NCBI GenBank assembly: GCA_951406725.2
Contig: OX597814.1
Location: 110,856,001-110,920,000, forward strand
Length of the DNA: 64,000 nucleotides
From: Octopus vulgaris
Taxonomy: Eukaryota
Reading direction: 5' to 3'
The notes below the pieces were generated by a model that saw nothing but the letters and a program-made list of their open reading frames with translations, had not been told where the DNA came from and ran no database searches. Shown in pieces: positions 36,927-50,950 of the stretch. A program made the position numbers and the translations under genes. Within the stretch, counting starts at the first letter, position 1. Each line of letters begins with the position of its first letter.

Positions 36927-38419
36927 CCATGCTAGGTTAGTTATCTCTTTTGTTGGATTGACAGAATGCATGTAATTATAATTAAAGGTAAATTCCTAGA
37001 TGTTTGCTGTCATGTTATTAATAACTTTTTCTCTTCTAAACCTTCATGACACACCTTTGTTTATTCACTAGAAACAACCCTTCAACTACAATAATATGAA
37101 GGCACAAACATTTAAAAAAAAAATCTAATGCAATGTGCTAATCTCATAACCACTGGGCCCCCAGTGGACCCTCTCTTGAAATGTAACTGTGAAGGGCATA
37201 TATTTACCTTTTCCTCTTTCACACTGGGACACTATACTCCCCACAATGAAAGTAAAGTTATCTCTTAACTTGCTCCTCATAGAAGAAGAAAGTCTTTAGG
37301 GGGCAAGCGTTGGTGTTAGTTTTAAAAATTTGCGTCTTTATATTATTATAGTTAGATGTAAGGAAAGCTTCTTCACCCTTCCAGTGTGTTACTAGTGAAT
37401 AAACAAATGTCTCATAAAGGGTTGGTTATGAAAAAGTTATCAATAATGGTTGAGGGAAATTTAAGTGTTCTCACAGAATCAGGTTGGGAGGTGCCAGATA
37501 ATCAGAAATGTATTTGTGTAATCTTCTCTCTTCTTGTGTTTGTGGTTTTAATTCCTGTTTCTTCATTGTCCTCTATTTTATCCTGATATGGACTTCAGCT
37601 TGAAGTTTTGTTAAGAGTTACGATAAACTTGGAAAAAAAATTAAGGCAAACATAAATTATGTTTTTTCTCTTGTCTTTCATACAAAGATAATCACGAGTC
37701 CTTCTTTCTCTTTGTTTCTTCTCATTTAATAATAATAATAATAATAATACTTTTTATTCTGAAATAAGATGCTTGTCTATTCATTATTGTAATGTACTTG
37801 TTTTATAAAACATTCTTTTAAGTAGTAGACATCAATCACAAACATCTCTTGTTTGCACCATTTTAGGTGTAATTGCTTTTCTTTTTCTCATCTACTGCTC
37901 TGACATTAAAATACAACTTTATGCCTGAAGCTAATCAATTAATTACACACAAAAAAACAGCAGCAGCAGCGAGAGCAGCAATAAGAACAGAGACAATCCA
38001 CTTTCACAATTGTTAATGATTACTTGCAATATTAGCTTAGTGACAGTTATTTTGGAGTTAACAATTCTAAGTGTTTATACACTGGGACAATAAAATTGTC
38101 ACTGAAGACTCTGTGTGAGTGTGTGTGTGGGGTGGGGCGTGGAACATGGTTTTTATCCAGCAAACAAGACTGTGATATTTAGGTTAGCTTAAACAAATAT
38201 TTGAGGAAGAAAAAAGCCCATTTCAGTCAGTGGATTGACAGAAATGGTATAGTGCTGTGTAAAATGGTTTTGTATGTGTATTTACATTATTCTGTTTTTT
38301 TCTTCTTCCATACTTGCACAGGTTGGATGCAACATAGAATGTTTCTCGGGTTACCCTCCCCTTTTCAATTCCTTTCTGGGGTTCAATATTCTGATATCAG
38401 TGTCTGCTACTTCTCCTTA

Positions 38420-38656
38420 TATCTATTTCTTTACTACCCACAAGGGGCTAAACACAGAGGGGACAAACAAGGACAGACAAAGGGATTAAGTCGATTACAT
38501 TGACCCCAGTATACAATTGGTACTTAATTTATCGACCCTGAAAGGATGAAAGGCAAAGTCGACCTCGGCGGAATTTGAACTCAGAACGTAGTGGAAGACA
38601 AAATGCTGCTAAGCATTTCGCCCGGATTGCTAACATTTCTGCCAGCTCGCTGCCTT
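38420..38656 (-). mobile_element. SINE family B
   Basis: Near-consensus reverse copy. Confidence 0.85.
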
Positions 38657-39436
38657 ATATCTTGTGATCTTCCTCTCCCACAGGTTCATTTCCTCTTGGA
38701 TTGTTCAGTTCTTCACGAACCATCATTCTTCATATGCGTCATGTATCCAAACCAGTATGGCACCCATCTTGCATACTACAGCAGACTCCTCTTGCACTCA
38801 TCCTACCCCCTCAGCTCACGTGTACTCCATCACTCATGCGTGTTAACACTGCATACTCAGTGGACCATGACCAACTCATTTTCTATCCAATCTTCACACA
38901 TTCTTAGCCTTTAACCCTTTTGATACCAAACTGCCCGAGACTGCTCTTGGTTCTATGATACATATTACTGTTTAAAGCAGTGGTTCCCAAAGTGGCCAGT
39001 ATCCCGCCCCCCACCCGGGCAGTGGAAAGTTCCAAGGGAGCCTTGAAGAAAAGTGGGTTGATAATGGGGAAGTGATTCATGTAAAAGTAACAAAATAATG
39101 GGTTAATGGCTATGTTTACTACCATGCCACACAGCCATCACACAACCATTATACAATCTGCCCTTAACTAGAATTATCTTTGTTATCAACAAAGGTGGAT
39201 AGCTCCCTTAAACTTTTCCCACCCCATTATTATCCAGTTTACATAGCTTTTTGCAACACCTCTGCTCTATTTTGTGAGACTTCAGAACATTCAGCATGGA
39301 CGGTCCTTATGACCAGTGACTCCTGTGTCTCTGCTACATGCACAGCCCTTCTGTCAACCTGCCTGTTGTTCCACTACACCCCTGGAAAACGTATACGTTT
39401 ACCTTGGCTGCACAGTACAGAGTTTTTCGCTCCTCC

Positions 39437-39790
39437 TCATCATCATCGTTTAACATCCATTTTCCATGCTGGCATGGGTTGGACGGTTTGACTGGGGACT
39501 GGCAAGCCAGGAGACTGCTCCAATCTAATCTGGCAATGTTTCTACAGCTGGATGCCCTTCCCAATGTCAACCACTCTGAGAATGTAGTGGGTGCTCTTTA
39601 TGTGCCACCGGCACAGGAGCCACTCAGGCACACTGGCATCGGCCATGTTCAGATGGTGCTTTTTATGTGCTACTGGCACAGCAGCCAGTTGGGGTGGTGG
39701 GGGCTGGCATTGACCACGTTTGCATGGTGTTTTTTACATGCCACCACCAGCACTGGGAACCAGTTAGGTGGCACTGGTAACAACCCACGC
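39437..39790 (-). mobile_element. SINE family C
   Basis: Family match; source of most of the 225-aa track ORF. Confidence 0.75.
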
Positions 39791-40011
39791 ATGAATGATG
39801 TTCCTTTCCGTATATTCAGTATGACCACTTCCCGTATGGCAGTAGAGTTTTCTCTTTATTCTTGCTTTCTGTCCCTTGTGTTTGTTAGATTTACTTTACA
39901 GACTTTGAATTCTAGGATCTGCTTCCATGTTTGGAAAATTTTCTGTCTTTTACAGAATCACCTAGGAGAACTATGTCATGAGCATACAGAAGTTCCCATG
40001 AGCAACTTCTC

Positions 40012-40424
40012 TTGACCCTTTAGTATATTTAAACTAGCCAGATCCAGCCTCTCATACCTACCCTATGATGCCATTCTAGAAATAAACCATCATATCTTTA
40101 ACCCTTTCATTACTGTATTTATTTTGGGATGCTCTGTGTTTCTTTCAATTTCTTTAAATATAACAAAGAATTTAGTAAAATAACTTAGTTATCATTCAGC
40201 TAGTGTTAGGAACATAAATTGTGACTAAGGTTTGGTGGAAGATTTTAATTCAAAACTTATGGAAACAAAACATTTGTACTCAGAGCCAGAGCCGGTTTCA
40301 GCTGGGTTGGTAACGAAAGGGTTAAAATCTCAAAGCTATGAGATAATGCCTGATTAATTCAAAACAATGTGGATAATCTGTGAGCATTAGATTTGACATG
40401 GTAATCTGAGTGCTAAAGGGTTAG
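40012..40424. mobile_element. piggyBac-type MITE with a second piggyBac MITE (40098-40325) nested inside
   Basis: Outer ends CCCTTTAG...CTAAAGGG. The inner element is bounded by TTAA. Confidence 0.75.
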
Positions 40425-40645
40425 ACTTCTCCGTTTATGTCCTAGAGAATTAGAATGAATAGGAGGAAACTGGAAACTGGACCCTGGCAGAGGTCCACCT
40501 GCATTGCACATTAAATTCCTTGCTGACCTTGTGGAAAAGTCTCACCCTGCTGACAGCATCCCTAAACAGAGTTTATCTGGTTCTCGAAAATAAAATCAAA
40601 AACAGTCATCTACATTCGGGGTTTCTTAGCAGCCACCTGTGTGTA

Positions 40646-40688
<43 letters not shown>

Positions 40689-41129
40689 GTGTGTGTGTGT
40701 GTGTGTGAATTAATGAATGAGACAGCTAGAGCTAGAAAGAGAGGGTTGTTGCTCAAATAACGAGCTTTCAGAAGACATATTAGCAATTTATATTTTGAAG
40801 CCTTTCTCAACTCCGCAGTCTTCCAACACATTTCTCATTCTTTCAATAAAGGACCCTGCTTTAAATGTCAACACACACACACACACACACATTGTGGTTG
40901 GTTTTATATTTGAGGTTATGCGATGCGAGCGTGGTTGTTTCGTTGAAATATTCATCCCACTCCTGTGTAAGTTATCTTCAATGAATGTTAAAGCATTTAA
41001 TATTGGGGGAAAGTTGCTTCCATTCTGAATTTCTTGCCAAAATTTTTATTGAGAGCAGCACTGAATAAATTCCATCTGTCCTATCTCCCTCATACCTCTC
41101 TCTCTTTTTCTCTCTATCTGGAATAGCTT

Positions 41130-41156
41130 ATGTATATGTGTGTGTGTGTGTGTGTA

Positions 41157-41246
<90 letters not shown>

Positions 41247-41490
41247 TGTATATGTATGTGTGTGTATATGTATGTGTGTGTATATGTATGTATATATATA
41301 TATATGTATGTATATATATATATGTATGTATATATATATATATATGTATGTATATATATATATATATGTATGTATATATATATATGTATGTATGTATATA
41401 TATATGTATGTATGTATATATATATGTATGTATGTATATATATATGTATGTGTATATATATATGTATGTATATATATATATGTATGTATG

Positions 41491-41530
<40 letters not shown>

Positions 41531-41542
41531 TATGTATGTATG

Positions 41543-41589
<47 letters not shown>

Positions 41590-41668
41590 GTATATATATA
41601 TATGTATGTATATATATATATGTATGTATATATATATATATGTATGTATGTATGTATATATATATATG
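41130..41668. repeat. Compound (TG)n plus (TA)n(TATG)n microsatellite
   Basis: Seen directly. Confidence 0.97.
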
Positions 41669-41924
41669 CTTACACTTGTATATCTGTACACACACACGCT
41701 TCTGAGATCCTCACATGTGTTAGTAACTAAAGCTATCTTTTTATTAGAATGTATTTTAGTCAGTTGCAATTGTTAAACCGTTGCTATCCTTCTCAGCTGT
41801 ATACATTTCCTAGTCTCTTCATCTTTAATGGGAATATCATACAACAAATCTATTCAGAATTTACACTTTGAAGATGGTCGTTTTGGAATACAAAGGAAAG
41901 TATACTTAACTAATTTTCAGACTT

Positions 41925-42282
41925 TATTCTTTTGCTTGTTTCAGTCATTAGACTGCGGTCATGCTGGGGCACCACCTTGAAAAGTGTTATTCAAAAGATT
42001 TTTTTTCTTTTCCTAAGCTTGTTGCTTATTTTGTTGGTCTCTTTTGAAGAACTACCGAGTTATCGTGGAGATAAACACACCAACACTGGTTCAAGCAATG
42101 CTGGGACACACACACACACACACACAATATGGGTTTCTTTCAGTTTCTGTCTACCAAATCCACTCGCATGGCTTTGGTCAGCCTGAGGCTATAGTAGAAG
42201 ACACTTGCCGAAGGTGCTATGCTGTAGGACTGAACCCGACACCATGTGGTTGGAAAGCAAATTTCTTACCATGCAGCCACTC
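41925..42282 (-). mobile_element. SINE family A
   Basis: Reverse copy of family A. Confidence 0.8.
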
Positions 42283-42872
42283 TGCTGAAATATGTCTGTT
42301 TTATTGATAAACAAAAGCTGAAAAACATCTTCCTCAAGTAAATCCTACAAATGGCTTTTCTATGTTTGTGAATTGAGTTTTGATTTCTGTGTTAAAATTT
42401 GAGATCTTTGTGAGTGGGGGAAAAGAAAGTGTAACAACCATTAAACCTCAGATATTGTGTCTGTAGACTTTGCAAAACAAACTTTCTGCAATAGCGAATA
42501 TGTGGATAAATTCTCTATGAAAGGAAGTTGTAGATGTTATGTTACATAATAATCATAGAATTAATACAGGTTTTAATAATAAAACTGAATTCACAAAGGT
42601 CTGTTTTGTATGGGAAAGAATATAAGGAGTTGAATCAACCCTTAATATTTTATTTATTGGTCTGGAGTGGACAAAAGGTAAGTTTGACTGTGGCGAGGTT
42701 TTTAAATAGTTTTTGGAATATTAAAAACCATTGATTAGATGTTTCTGCAGACTGTTATTGCTCCCATTATCCTAATCATTATATTATTGTAAAAATTGTT
42801 TGTGAGCTTCAATGATTGCAATAATGGAAGCGATTTTATTGATGTTCTTTTCATTTTGAAAAAGTTTCAACA

Positions 42873-43130
42873 AGCATGGCTGTGTGGTCAGTTTGCTTCC
42901 CAACTACATGGTTCTAGGTTCAGTCCCACCACATGGTACTTTGGGCAAGTATTTTCTACTATAGCCTCAGGCTAACCAAAGCCATGTGAGTGGATTTGGT
43001 AGATGGAAACTGAAAGAAGCTCATTGTGTGTATGTCTTTGTCTCTGTCCCCCACTACTACCTGACAACTGGTATTGGTGAGTTTATGTCCCCGTAATTCA
43101 TAAAAGAGACAGATAGGATAAGTACCACTC
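42873..43130 (+). mobile_element. SINE family A (3'-truncated)
   Basis: Head and body match family A. Confidence 0.75.
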
Positions 43131-43829
43131 CCAGAAAACAGTAAAACATCAGCTACAGGAAGATACCTTTACCACCTGCCATGGTGGGTTGGAGTCCTGC
43201 CACACCTCTATAACATTCAGATCATCATCATCACTTTACTTTGCATGCTGGTATGGGTATAATAGATTGCAATGGCCCAAGATGGGTTGGGAGAACCATG
43301 TCTTGCTCATGTTTTATTTTGACATTTTGATAGCTAGATGCCCTTACTCACACCAATCACTTTACAGATTGAACTGTAAACATTCTCTTGTACCAACCCC
43401 AGAGGGGTTGTTATCTCAAACAGACAGAACTTAAAAGTCCCCTTTCAACCTTATGTTGTCTCTGCTTGTTTGCTAATCTCTTTGGAGACTAAATTGGGTG
43501 CGTTTTTATTATTTATTGTTACTGCAGCACTAGTAAGGTCATCATGTACCCTTCAATACAAAAGAGGGTTCTCATCTCTTGTCACATTGTCTCCAGTAGT
43601 GACAATATGACCAACAGTATTGGGTAGAGCAGATGGTTACCATAGATGAGTGGTTCTCAACCAGAGTCCACAAGATTTCGTTAAAATTTGGGCAATAAAC
43701 TGGTTATATACTTCTATGATGCACGAAATATTTTAACTATTTTTTTTTATACAGTTCCTAATAATATTTATTTAATTATAAAAATATTATAGGATTTACT
43801 AAGCATTGAATGGCTATGAGGGTCTAGTA

Positions 43830-44366
43830 CAGTGGCTTCCAGCCTTTTCATTACCAAGAACCCCTTTTAATTAAATGAGTTTTCCCACGGACCCCTTTTA
43901 ATATGCTTATCCTTATGTATCATCATCATCATCGTCATCGTTTAACGTCCGCTTTCCATGCTGGCGTGAGTTGGATGGTTTGACTGGGGACTGGCAAGCC
44001 AGATGGCTGCACCAGGCTCCAATCTGATCTGGCAGAGTTTCTTCAGCTGGATGCCCTTCCTAACACCAACCACTCCAAGAGTGTAGTGGGTGCTTTTACG
44101 TGCCACCAGCACGAGGGCCAGTCAGGTGGTATTGGCAACGGCCACGCTCAAATGGTGTTTTTTACGTGCCATTAATATGATTTTTTCCATTTTTTTTTGT
44201 TTTCTTTTTCCTCGATAGATACTAAGTCTACTCTTGTTACCATTTAGAGCAGCAAATTATGATGAATGGAAGCAAAAGCTTCTGAGAGGATACAAAAAAA
44301 AAAAAAATTTGAATTTAGTTCAGACCCCCAGTACTACCTTTGTGGACCACAGGTTGGGAACCACTG
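43830..44366. mobile_element. hAT-type MITE containing a family C SINE (43921-44170), next to another hAT MITE fragment starting at ~43648
   Basis: CAGTGGCTTCCAGCC ... GGTTGGGAACCACTG, with near-matching 8-bp flanks GTCTAGTA/GTCTTAGT. Confidence 0.6.
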
Positions 44367-45140
44367 GTCTTAGTCGATGAAAGTAGGAACAAAAGGGGTC
44401 GATAGACAAAAAATAAACAAAAACCATTGAGAACTGTTGCTGTAAAAGATGAACCAAGATGGGAAGGTAGAAAGAAAAAGAAGGCAGAGTATAGTCTGGG
44501 AGCAGCCGACTGATCAGGTGACAGTGTGGAGGGATGGAGGGAGTGAGAAATAGGAGAGGGGACAGTGCTAGAAGTGGTAAAGAGGGGCTGTAGCAATAGG
44601 GAGAGCAGAAATGGCAGGGGTTTTAATGACTGACAGTGCAATGACTATCTGAAATTCAAACATCTCTGTTGCACTTGTTTATTTCTTTGCAGTTTCTCTA
44701 CGTTTGATCTAAATAGCTTCTCAACAGTTTATGTATTAACATAAATTGTTGATATTTCTCCTTGAAAGCTTTTGAGGCTGTTATCTGAGACTGTTTATTT
44801 TAGCAAGTGTCTAAACGATTTTTTACAGATGAGGATTTTTCCTATTCACATGTTCTTTTAACAGCATAAAATATAGCAGACACATGTGGTATACTGTTCT
44901 GTATAGAATTTGCCACATTTATTTTGTTTAATGGTTTTTCTAATCTAATCTGACCTCAGTACATTTATTAGAGACTTTTATTGCTTCCAGCTAACCTGCC
45001 AGATTTCAATTACTGATTAGCAGGAAATGGAACAGGTGTGATCAAAGATAATTTTCAGATTCGTTGTTGTTGTTGTTCTTGCTGCTGCCAACTGAACAGT
45101 CACCACTTGTTTAGATTTCTTCCTTTTTCTCTCTTCTTTC

Positions 45141-45176
<36 letters not shown>

Positions 45177-45239
45177 CTCTCTCTCTCTCTCTCTCTCTTC
45201 TAATTGTCTCTCTTTGTAATGTTTCTCTGCTTTCTATTT

Positions 45240-45660
45240 ACTGTCTCTCTCTAATCCTTTCCTCTTCTGCTAATCCTAATTCCCCCCTTTCTCTCTCTAC
45301 TTCTTTCTCCCTTTCACTCTACTCCTCTCTCCCTTTCTTTCTAATCCTCTCTAATCTCCCCTCTCTCTAATCCTCTCTCTCTAAACCTCTCTCTCTAAAC
45401 CCCTCTCTCTCTCTCTAATCCTCTTTCTCTAATCCTCTTTCTCTCTAATCTGCTTCCTCTCTCTCTCTCTAATCCTCTCTCCCTAATCCTCTTTGTCTTT
45501 CTCTCCAGTCCTCTTTCTCTCTCTAATCCCCTTTCTCTAATCCTTCCTATTCTCTAATCCCTCCCCTCTCTAGTCTCCTCTCCCTCTTTCTCCAAACCCC
45601 CTCTAATCCTCTCACCCTCTCTCCTCTCTTCTTAATCTTTCCACTCCCCCATCTCTCTCA
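45240..45660. repeat. Degenerate (CT)n-AATC polypyrimidine repeat
   Basis: Repeated CTCTCTCTAATC units. Confidence 0.85.
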
Positions 45661-47334
45661 TTTTATTCTGGTCACTATAGCAACCTACCCAGATTCAATT
45701 TTATAAATTCTGACCAAATTGCAGTGATTGAAGCTTGGCTTTACTCACTGACCAACTGACCTTCACCATTTTGTTGTGCTGCCATTGATAAACTGGAGAC
45801 CTGGTTGAGGAACTGGTGGGGGTGAGGGCCATCATTGATGAGCTGAGGGGTTCATTGCTGATGAATTGGTAAGGGGTTATCATCAAACCTTTCTCAATTG
45901 ACCAAATGAAGCCCTCTTTGACCGCCTCTTCCTCCCAGTTGACAACAGACATCATTGACTGAAGGTGCATGGCTTAGTGGTTAGGGCATTGGGCTCAAGA
46001 TTGTAAGTTTATGAGTTCGATTCCTGGGGACACATTGTATCCTTGAGCAAGTCATTTTATTTCACATTGCTCCAGTCCACTCAGCTGGAGCATTGTCCAT
46101 AACCTTGGGCACGGATAAAAGTGAAGACTTACCATTCCTGCTAATTAATTTGAATTGTCACTGCAGTGTAATAAATCATTAGTATTATTAATTACTTGTT
46201 ATTTTGTCTGCCGCTATGTTCTGAGTTTAAATTCTGCCAAGGTCGACTTTGCCTTTCATCCTTAAATAAGTACCAGTTATGCATTGGGATCAATGTAAAT
46301 GACTTAATCCCCTCCCACAAGCTGCCCTTGTGGCAAAAAATTGAAATCATTATTAATTACATGTGTTCATTTATATTTCTATTGTCAAATTGGATGAGAT
46401 GTCCTCGAATTTATATTTCCTTAGAGAAACTATGCTGTTTCTACTACTTTCCAACTTGTTCATTCCATGTTTTCTCTCTTAATGTAACACTAAAATATTG
46501 TTAGTTCTTCAATGGTCTTAGAGTATATCTGTTTATTAGCGCCGTCTTAGGAACTTGGTACAGTTTATTGCCAGAGTCTTTTGTTCCCTTTGCAAACATC
46601 CAAACTTTTGTGTCTACATGTTTGACTTTCCCACCAGACAGGTTCATCCGTGTACTTTCCTGCTCCTCTCCCCCTGTGTTGAACATTTGTATTCCTTTAT
46701 TTGTCATGTTTTGCATTAGGGACACTGGGAAAAGGCAGAGGTCAGAGTATCTTGCTGTTGTTGTTGTTTAACTCCAGATCAATACTAATCAATCAGATTG
46801 GCAATCAGATACATTCCAGCTGTGACTACCCCAACACCCATTATGTCTTTTATTTTAGACAAACAGGTGTAATTTAGGAAAGACTGGATGCTATTTCTAG
46901 TAGATCAAGTGACCCCATAGGTGCTCCCTGTTGTCCTGTTGCAGTTAGTGGAGACACTGTGCAATTGATGAAAAAAAATAACCAGTTCTCATGGCTGAAT
47001 TCTTTTTATGGACTCAATTTAAATAAGTATTGCGTCTGTGGGGGTTACTACCTCCAGGTAACTCAACATAGTAAGAGCCCTCCACTGACCGCCAGATAGT
47101 TATACACCATTTCTTTTCTCCTTATTTATGGCCATGATATGGTTCACTAATCAACTGTATATTTTCTTTGTGTGTGTGTGTTTTTCTGGGTGGGCAGTAG
47201 TGATGTGTAAGGTGGTGTAGGTATTCTTCTGACAGAGAAATGGGTGGATAAGGGGATTGAGGTAATAAGAGTGTGTGATAGGATTATGAAGCTAAGAATA
47301 ATCTTGTTTAATGTAACAATGTCATGAAAGATGT

Positions 47335-48627
47335 TCAGAAGGACAGCTTCCATGAATCCCTTCTGTGTACAACCTTGACGAGGAAAGACAATGTTATCAC
47401 CATGGCTGGGGACTTCAGTGGCTGTGCTGGGAAAAATCTTTGGATTTCATGACGTGCATGGAGGTTACAGCTTTGGTTCTGGAAATGAAGAGGGAACACG
47501 GCTACTGGTGTTTTGTGATCCATATGATCTACTGGTTTGCAATACCAACTTCAGGAAATCAGCTAGCCATTTGACCACTTATCAAGCTGGCAGGCACACT
47601 GGCCAGATTGACTACATTCTCACCAGAAACGGGATCAGATGGATCCTTGTAAATGCAAAGTCCTTTCCTGATGAAGAATGTACAACTCAACATAGGTTAG
47701 TGACTTCCCACAGACACAGTCAGGTATAGAAAAGGAGGTTATGGAAGCTTAAGGATCCTTCAAATGGGCTGAAATTTAGAGACATTCTTAATGAAGTATT
47801 TGATAACGAGGAGGAAGAGAGGGAGACATAATGACATAGAGGACAATCTACCGAGGGCGACAGACCAAATCTGTGGTTGAAGTGAAACTTCTGCCAGGAC
47901 AAAGGTGACATGGTGGTGGAACGGTGAGGTTGATGGGGCCATAAAAGAGAACAGACAGGTTTGGGGGCGGGGGAAGTGGGGGGGGGGGTAGCCAAGAACC
48001 ATATCAGGTAGCTCAAAGAGAAGCTAGGTGTTCGGTTTATCTAGCTAGGATAGAAACAGAAAGGTAGTTGTTTGCCTATGTCTTACAGTGTGACGATCAG
48101 AGACTTCATGAAGGTGTTCCAGATTGCTAGACAGTGTGTCAGAAAGAATGGAGATGTTGTGAGAGAGAAATGTGTATGGATGGATTATGACATGCTCTCA
48201 TTTAGTGATAGGTGCAGGAGTGGCTGTGTGGTGTGTAGCTTGCTTACCAACCACATGGCTCCGGGTTCAGTCCCACTGCGTGGCACCTTGAGCAAGTGTC
48301 TTCTACTATAGCCTCTGGCTGACCAAAGCATTGTGAGTGGATTTGGTAGACGGAAACTGTAAGAAGCCCATGTATATGTATATATGTGTGTGTCTTGCCC
48401 CCCAACATCGCTTGACAACCAATGCTGGTATGTTTACGTCCCTGTAACTTAATGGTTCGGCAAAAGAGACCGATAGAATAAGTACTAGGCTTACAAAGAA
48501 TAAGTCCTGGGGTCGATTTGCTCAACTAAAGGCGGTGCTCCAGCATGGCCGCAGTCAAATGACTGAAACAAGTAAAAGAGTGATTCTGAAAAGAAAGAGG
48601 TGTGGAAGAGCTACTATGAATCACTTA
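47335..48627 (+). pseudogene. Decayed RTE-clade LINE (APE C-terminus and linker), interrupted by a SINE
   Basis: AGDF, VHGGYSFGSGNEEGTRLL, NTNFRK..HLTTY, QIDYIL, QHRLV and LWKLKD. After the SINE the frame resumes as DSEKKEVWKSYYE. Confidence 0.85.
48210..48580 (+). mobile_element. SINE family A, near-consensus copy
   Basis: Inserted in the RTE remnant, with AGTGAT repeated on both sides. Confidence 0.9.
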
Positions 48628-49376
48628 GGTGGCGGTAATAGTAGTAGTAGTAGTTGTCATTGCCAAAGAATGAATTAGTCAAGTGTGAATTTCAGCAAAG
48701 ACCTGTGCACGTGTGCACATGCCTGCTTGCCCCTGAATTTGCATGTCAGTGAGTATGAGGTATATGGTACGGTAATATTTGTCAGTGAGCCTAGGAATAC
48801 ATGATACATCCAACCACAATAGCTTCTTCAGTGAAGCATCTTCTCTCTGAGGATTTTAAAAAAAAAAAGAGAAAAAAAAGAAAAAAAACAGAAGGTAAGA
48901 GAACAAGTTATCAGCTCTGCCAACCTGGTGCCAACCTAAACATTGTTGCACACGTCAGTAAAGCTATTTGCTTGCTCTTTTCTTTTGTGAAGACACTTTC
49001 GGCTGATGTTGTTTCAAGTGAATGAAACAGTTTTTTCTTAATGAAGAGATGAAGTTACTACAGAATCCAGAAGAGTTTGTAGGTGTCACTCGGTTTGGTT
49101 TGAATAACAAGTGAAAAAGTATCAAGTTTTCAACAAAGGACCTTTGATGGAAGAGTGAGGTTTAGAACTCTTTATGTAGAGGGTTGAAAGTAGTATAAGG
49201 AAGGAACTTAGTGCAAGAAAAACAAATGAATAAAACAAAACAAACAGTAAAACATTACATGGAGAGAATTACCACCTGCTTGCATACATGGTCACTCATA
49301 GAGACTGCTTAACTTCACTTGGGTACTCTTGTAAAGCATAGGGTTTTTCAGCAGTATCCTCTGTGTGTGTGTGTGT

Positions 49377-49439
<63 letters not shown>

Positions 49440-49499
49440 GGCTGCATGTATGCACATATATATACTCACATGCACGCCTGTGTGCGCACACACACACAC

Positions 49500-49550
<51 letters not shown>

Positions 49551-49688
49551 TATATACATGCACACACATATCTGTGGACTAATGCCCATTTTATTCTGTC
49601 GAGGGGTTTATGTGCCCCAATATTAGACTACTTTCTATAATCAAAATACGGTGAAAGCTTTTAATTATATTTACAATATATATATATA

Positions 49689-49741
<53 letters not shown>

Positions 49742-50467
49742 ATTGAAGTCTATAGAAATCTGATATCAGCGTCAGTACATATGTTAATCATGTCTATTTC
49801 AGAACTCATTTACCAACACGGCTTCTTACCCACACCTACTTCACACCTCGCCACCTCCACTCACACACACCCCCACACCTATATTTAGATTATTCCAACA
49901 ACATTACTTCATAACTTGAGAATGTCTTAATACCAATATTAATCCATTCCTTAGAGATATGTGGTATTTTATGTTCTGTACTGGCTTCCATATCGTTACT
50001 GTTGTAGTTAAGGCCCAGGTCACCTCTGATCAAGCTGACCCCGTGAGCAATGATGTTCTTGTCATGGCCATCGCAGCATATTTCCAGACAATGTATATAT
50101 TCAAGACAACAATATCTGATGTGTTCTTTTTTTCTCAAAGATCAAGTATAGTAGGAGGGATTGGGTTACTATTTCTACCACTTTGAGTGACTATCTGTGG
50201 AAAAACTGCTTTGTTGAGGTCAAACCCATGATGGTGTTCTTCTTGCTCTTCTTTCCTCTGGTTCACAATAATCATCATCATCATCATAATGTCCACTTTT
50301 CCATGCTTGTGGAATGTGTTGAGCCAAATTTTCTACAGCTGGACGCCCTTCCTGTCACCAACCTTCACCTATTTCCAAGCAAGGTTAGACATGCTTTACA
50401 TGGAAGACTGGAAATGAACCACACCACTTACGTGACAGTGATGCTTATTTACAACCATCACATGGGT

Positions 50468-50514
<47 letters not shown>

Positions 50515-50950
50515 ATCATCATCATCATCATTTAATGTCTGTTTTCCATACTGGTATGGGTTGGGTGGTTTGACAGGAACTGGCAAGCTGGAGAGCTGCA
50601 CATGGTTCCATTGTCTGTTTTTCTGCAGTTGGATGCCCTTCCTAATACCAAACACTTTACAGAGTGTCCTGGGTGCCTTTTGCGCCAGCACCAGTGTTTT
50701 TTACATGGCACTAACATGGGTATTTTTAATGTGGGAACAGCATGGTGACATGCTTTTACATGTCATCAGCACACGCACACACACGCAAGCACACACACAC
50801 ATGGCACCTAGTACACTCTGTAGAGTGGTTGGCATTAAGGACATTGAGCCATAGAAACCAATCCAAAACAGACTGGAGCCTGGAGCTCTCCAGTCAAACT
50901 GTCTAATCCATGCCAGCATAGAAAACGGACATTAAATGATGATGATGATT
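50515..50950. mobile_element. Two head-to-head family C SINE fragments forming an inverted repeat
   Basis: (CAT)n-TTTAATGTCTGTTTTC at the left end and GAAAACGGACATTAAAT-(GAT)n at the right end. Confidence 0.7.

Noticed and set aside
37150-37600. Possible decayed Penelope RT on the minus strand
   Set aside because: Only vague motif echoes across frames; not supportable by eye.
39338-40015. 225-aa ORF
   Set aside because: Runs through a family C SINE and has no recognisable domain.
41114-41776. 190-213-aa ORFs on both strands
   Set aside because: Translations of TG/TA/TATG microsatellite that lack stops because of composition.
45701-45960. GC-richer, coding-looking stretch
   Set aside because: No recognisable motif or splice context; probably an old TE remnant.
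49030-49115. FLNEEMKLLQNPEEF resembling the CUEDC1 LQNEEF block
   Set aside because: Weak similarity, no convincing splice sites, and a stop soon after.
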